From a virus (Duplodnaviria > Caudoviricetes): a DNA stretch of 34,578 nt. The notes below the pieces were generated by a model, which was given only the letters and a program-made list of their open reading frames with translations, had not been told where the DNA came from and did not search any database. The stretch lies in the IMG/VR virus record IMGVR_UViG_3300034777_000230, positions 1 to 34,578 of that record, one strand, 5' to 3'. Shown here in pieces: positions 34,519 through 34,578 of the stretch; the first letter of the stretch is position 1, and each line of letters opens with the position of its first letter. The translations under genes were made by a program, and so were the position numbers.

Positions 34519-34578
34519 CTACTATGAAACAAGCAATACACCTTAAACGCGAGCAAAAAGGTACTATGACAACTATAT

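Overview
The window is an apparently near-complete (~34.6 kb) genome of a lambda-like siphovirus. The host is inferred to be a marine Alphaproteobacterium from gene content, but this cannot be proven from the sequence. Plus strand 45-25946 is the late operon: ParB-fused DNA methyltransferase, Nu1/GpA-type terminase, gpW-like protein, lambda-type portal, a four-part protease-major capsid fusion, tail genes with a -1 frameshifting chaperone, a ~7 kb accessory fibre/adhesin cluster and a lysis block. 26179-30456 is a mostly leftward early region (ERF, SSB, NinB-like, HNH-like, small ORFs) with a rightward RusA gene inside it. 30546-33702 is a rightward Cro-like/HTH/replication initiator (with iterons)/ParB-domain block, followed by a displaced gpZ-like tail completion gene. 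No integrase or CI-type repressor was recognised. Most notable observations: (i) two candidate ~70 nt sRNAs at opposite ends of the early region, each with its own predicted promoter, a 28/29-identical terminator and a 5' part complementary to an RBS plus start codon, together with other candidate structured or antisense RNAs; (ii) a fibre gene that is a copy of its neighbour with two 5-repeat beta-propeller-like cassettes inserted; (iii) a capsid polyprotein with internal RBSs. All calls are by eye from motifs and synteny; no searches or folding programs were run.
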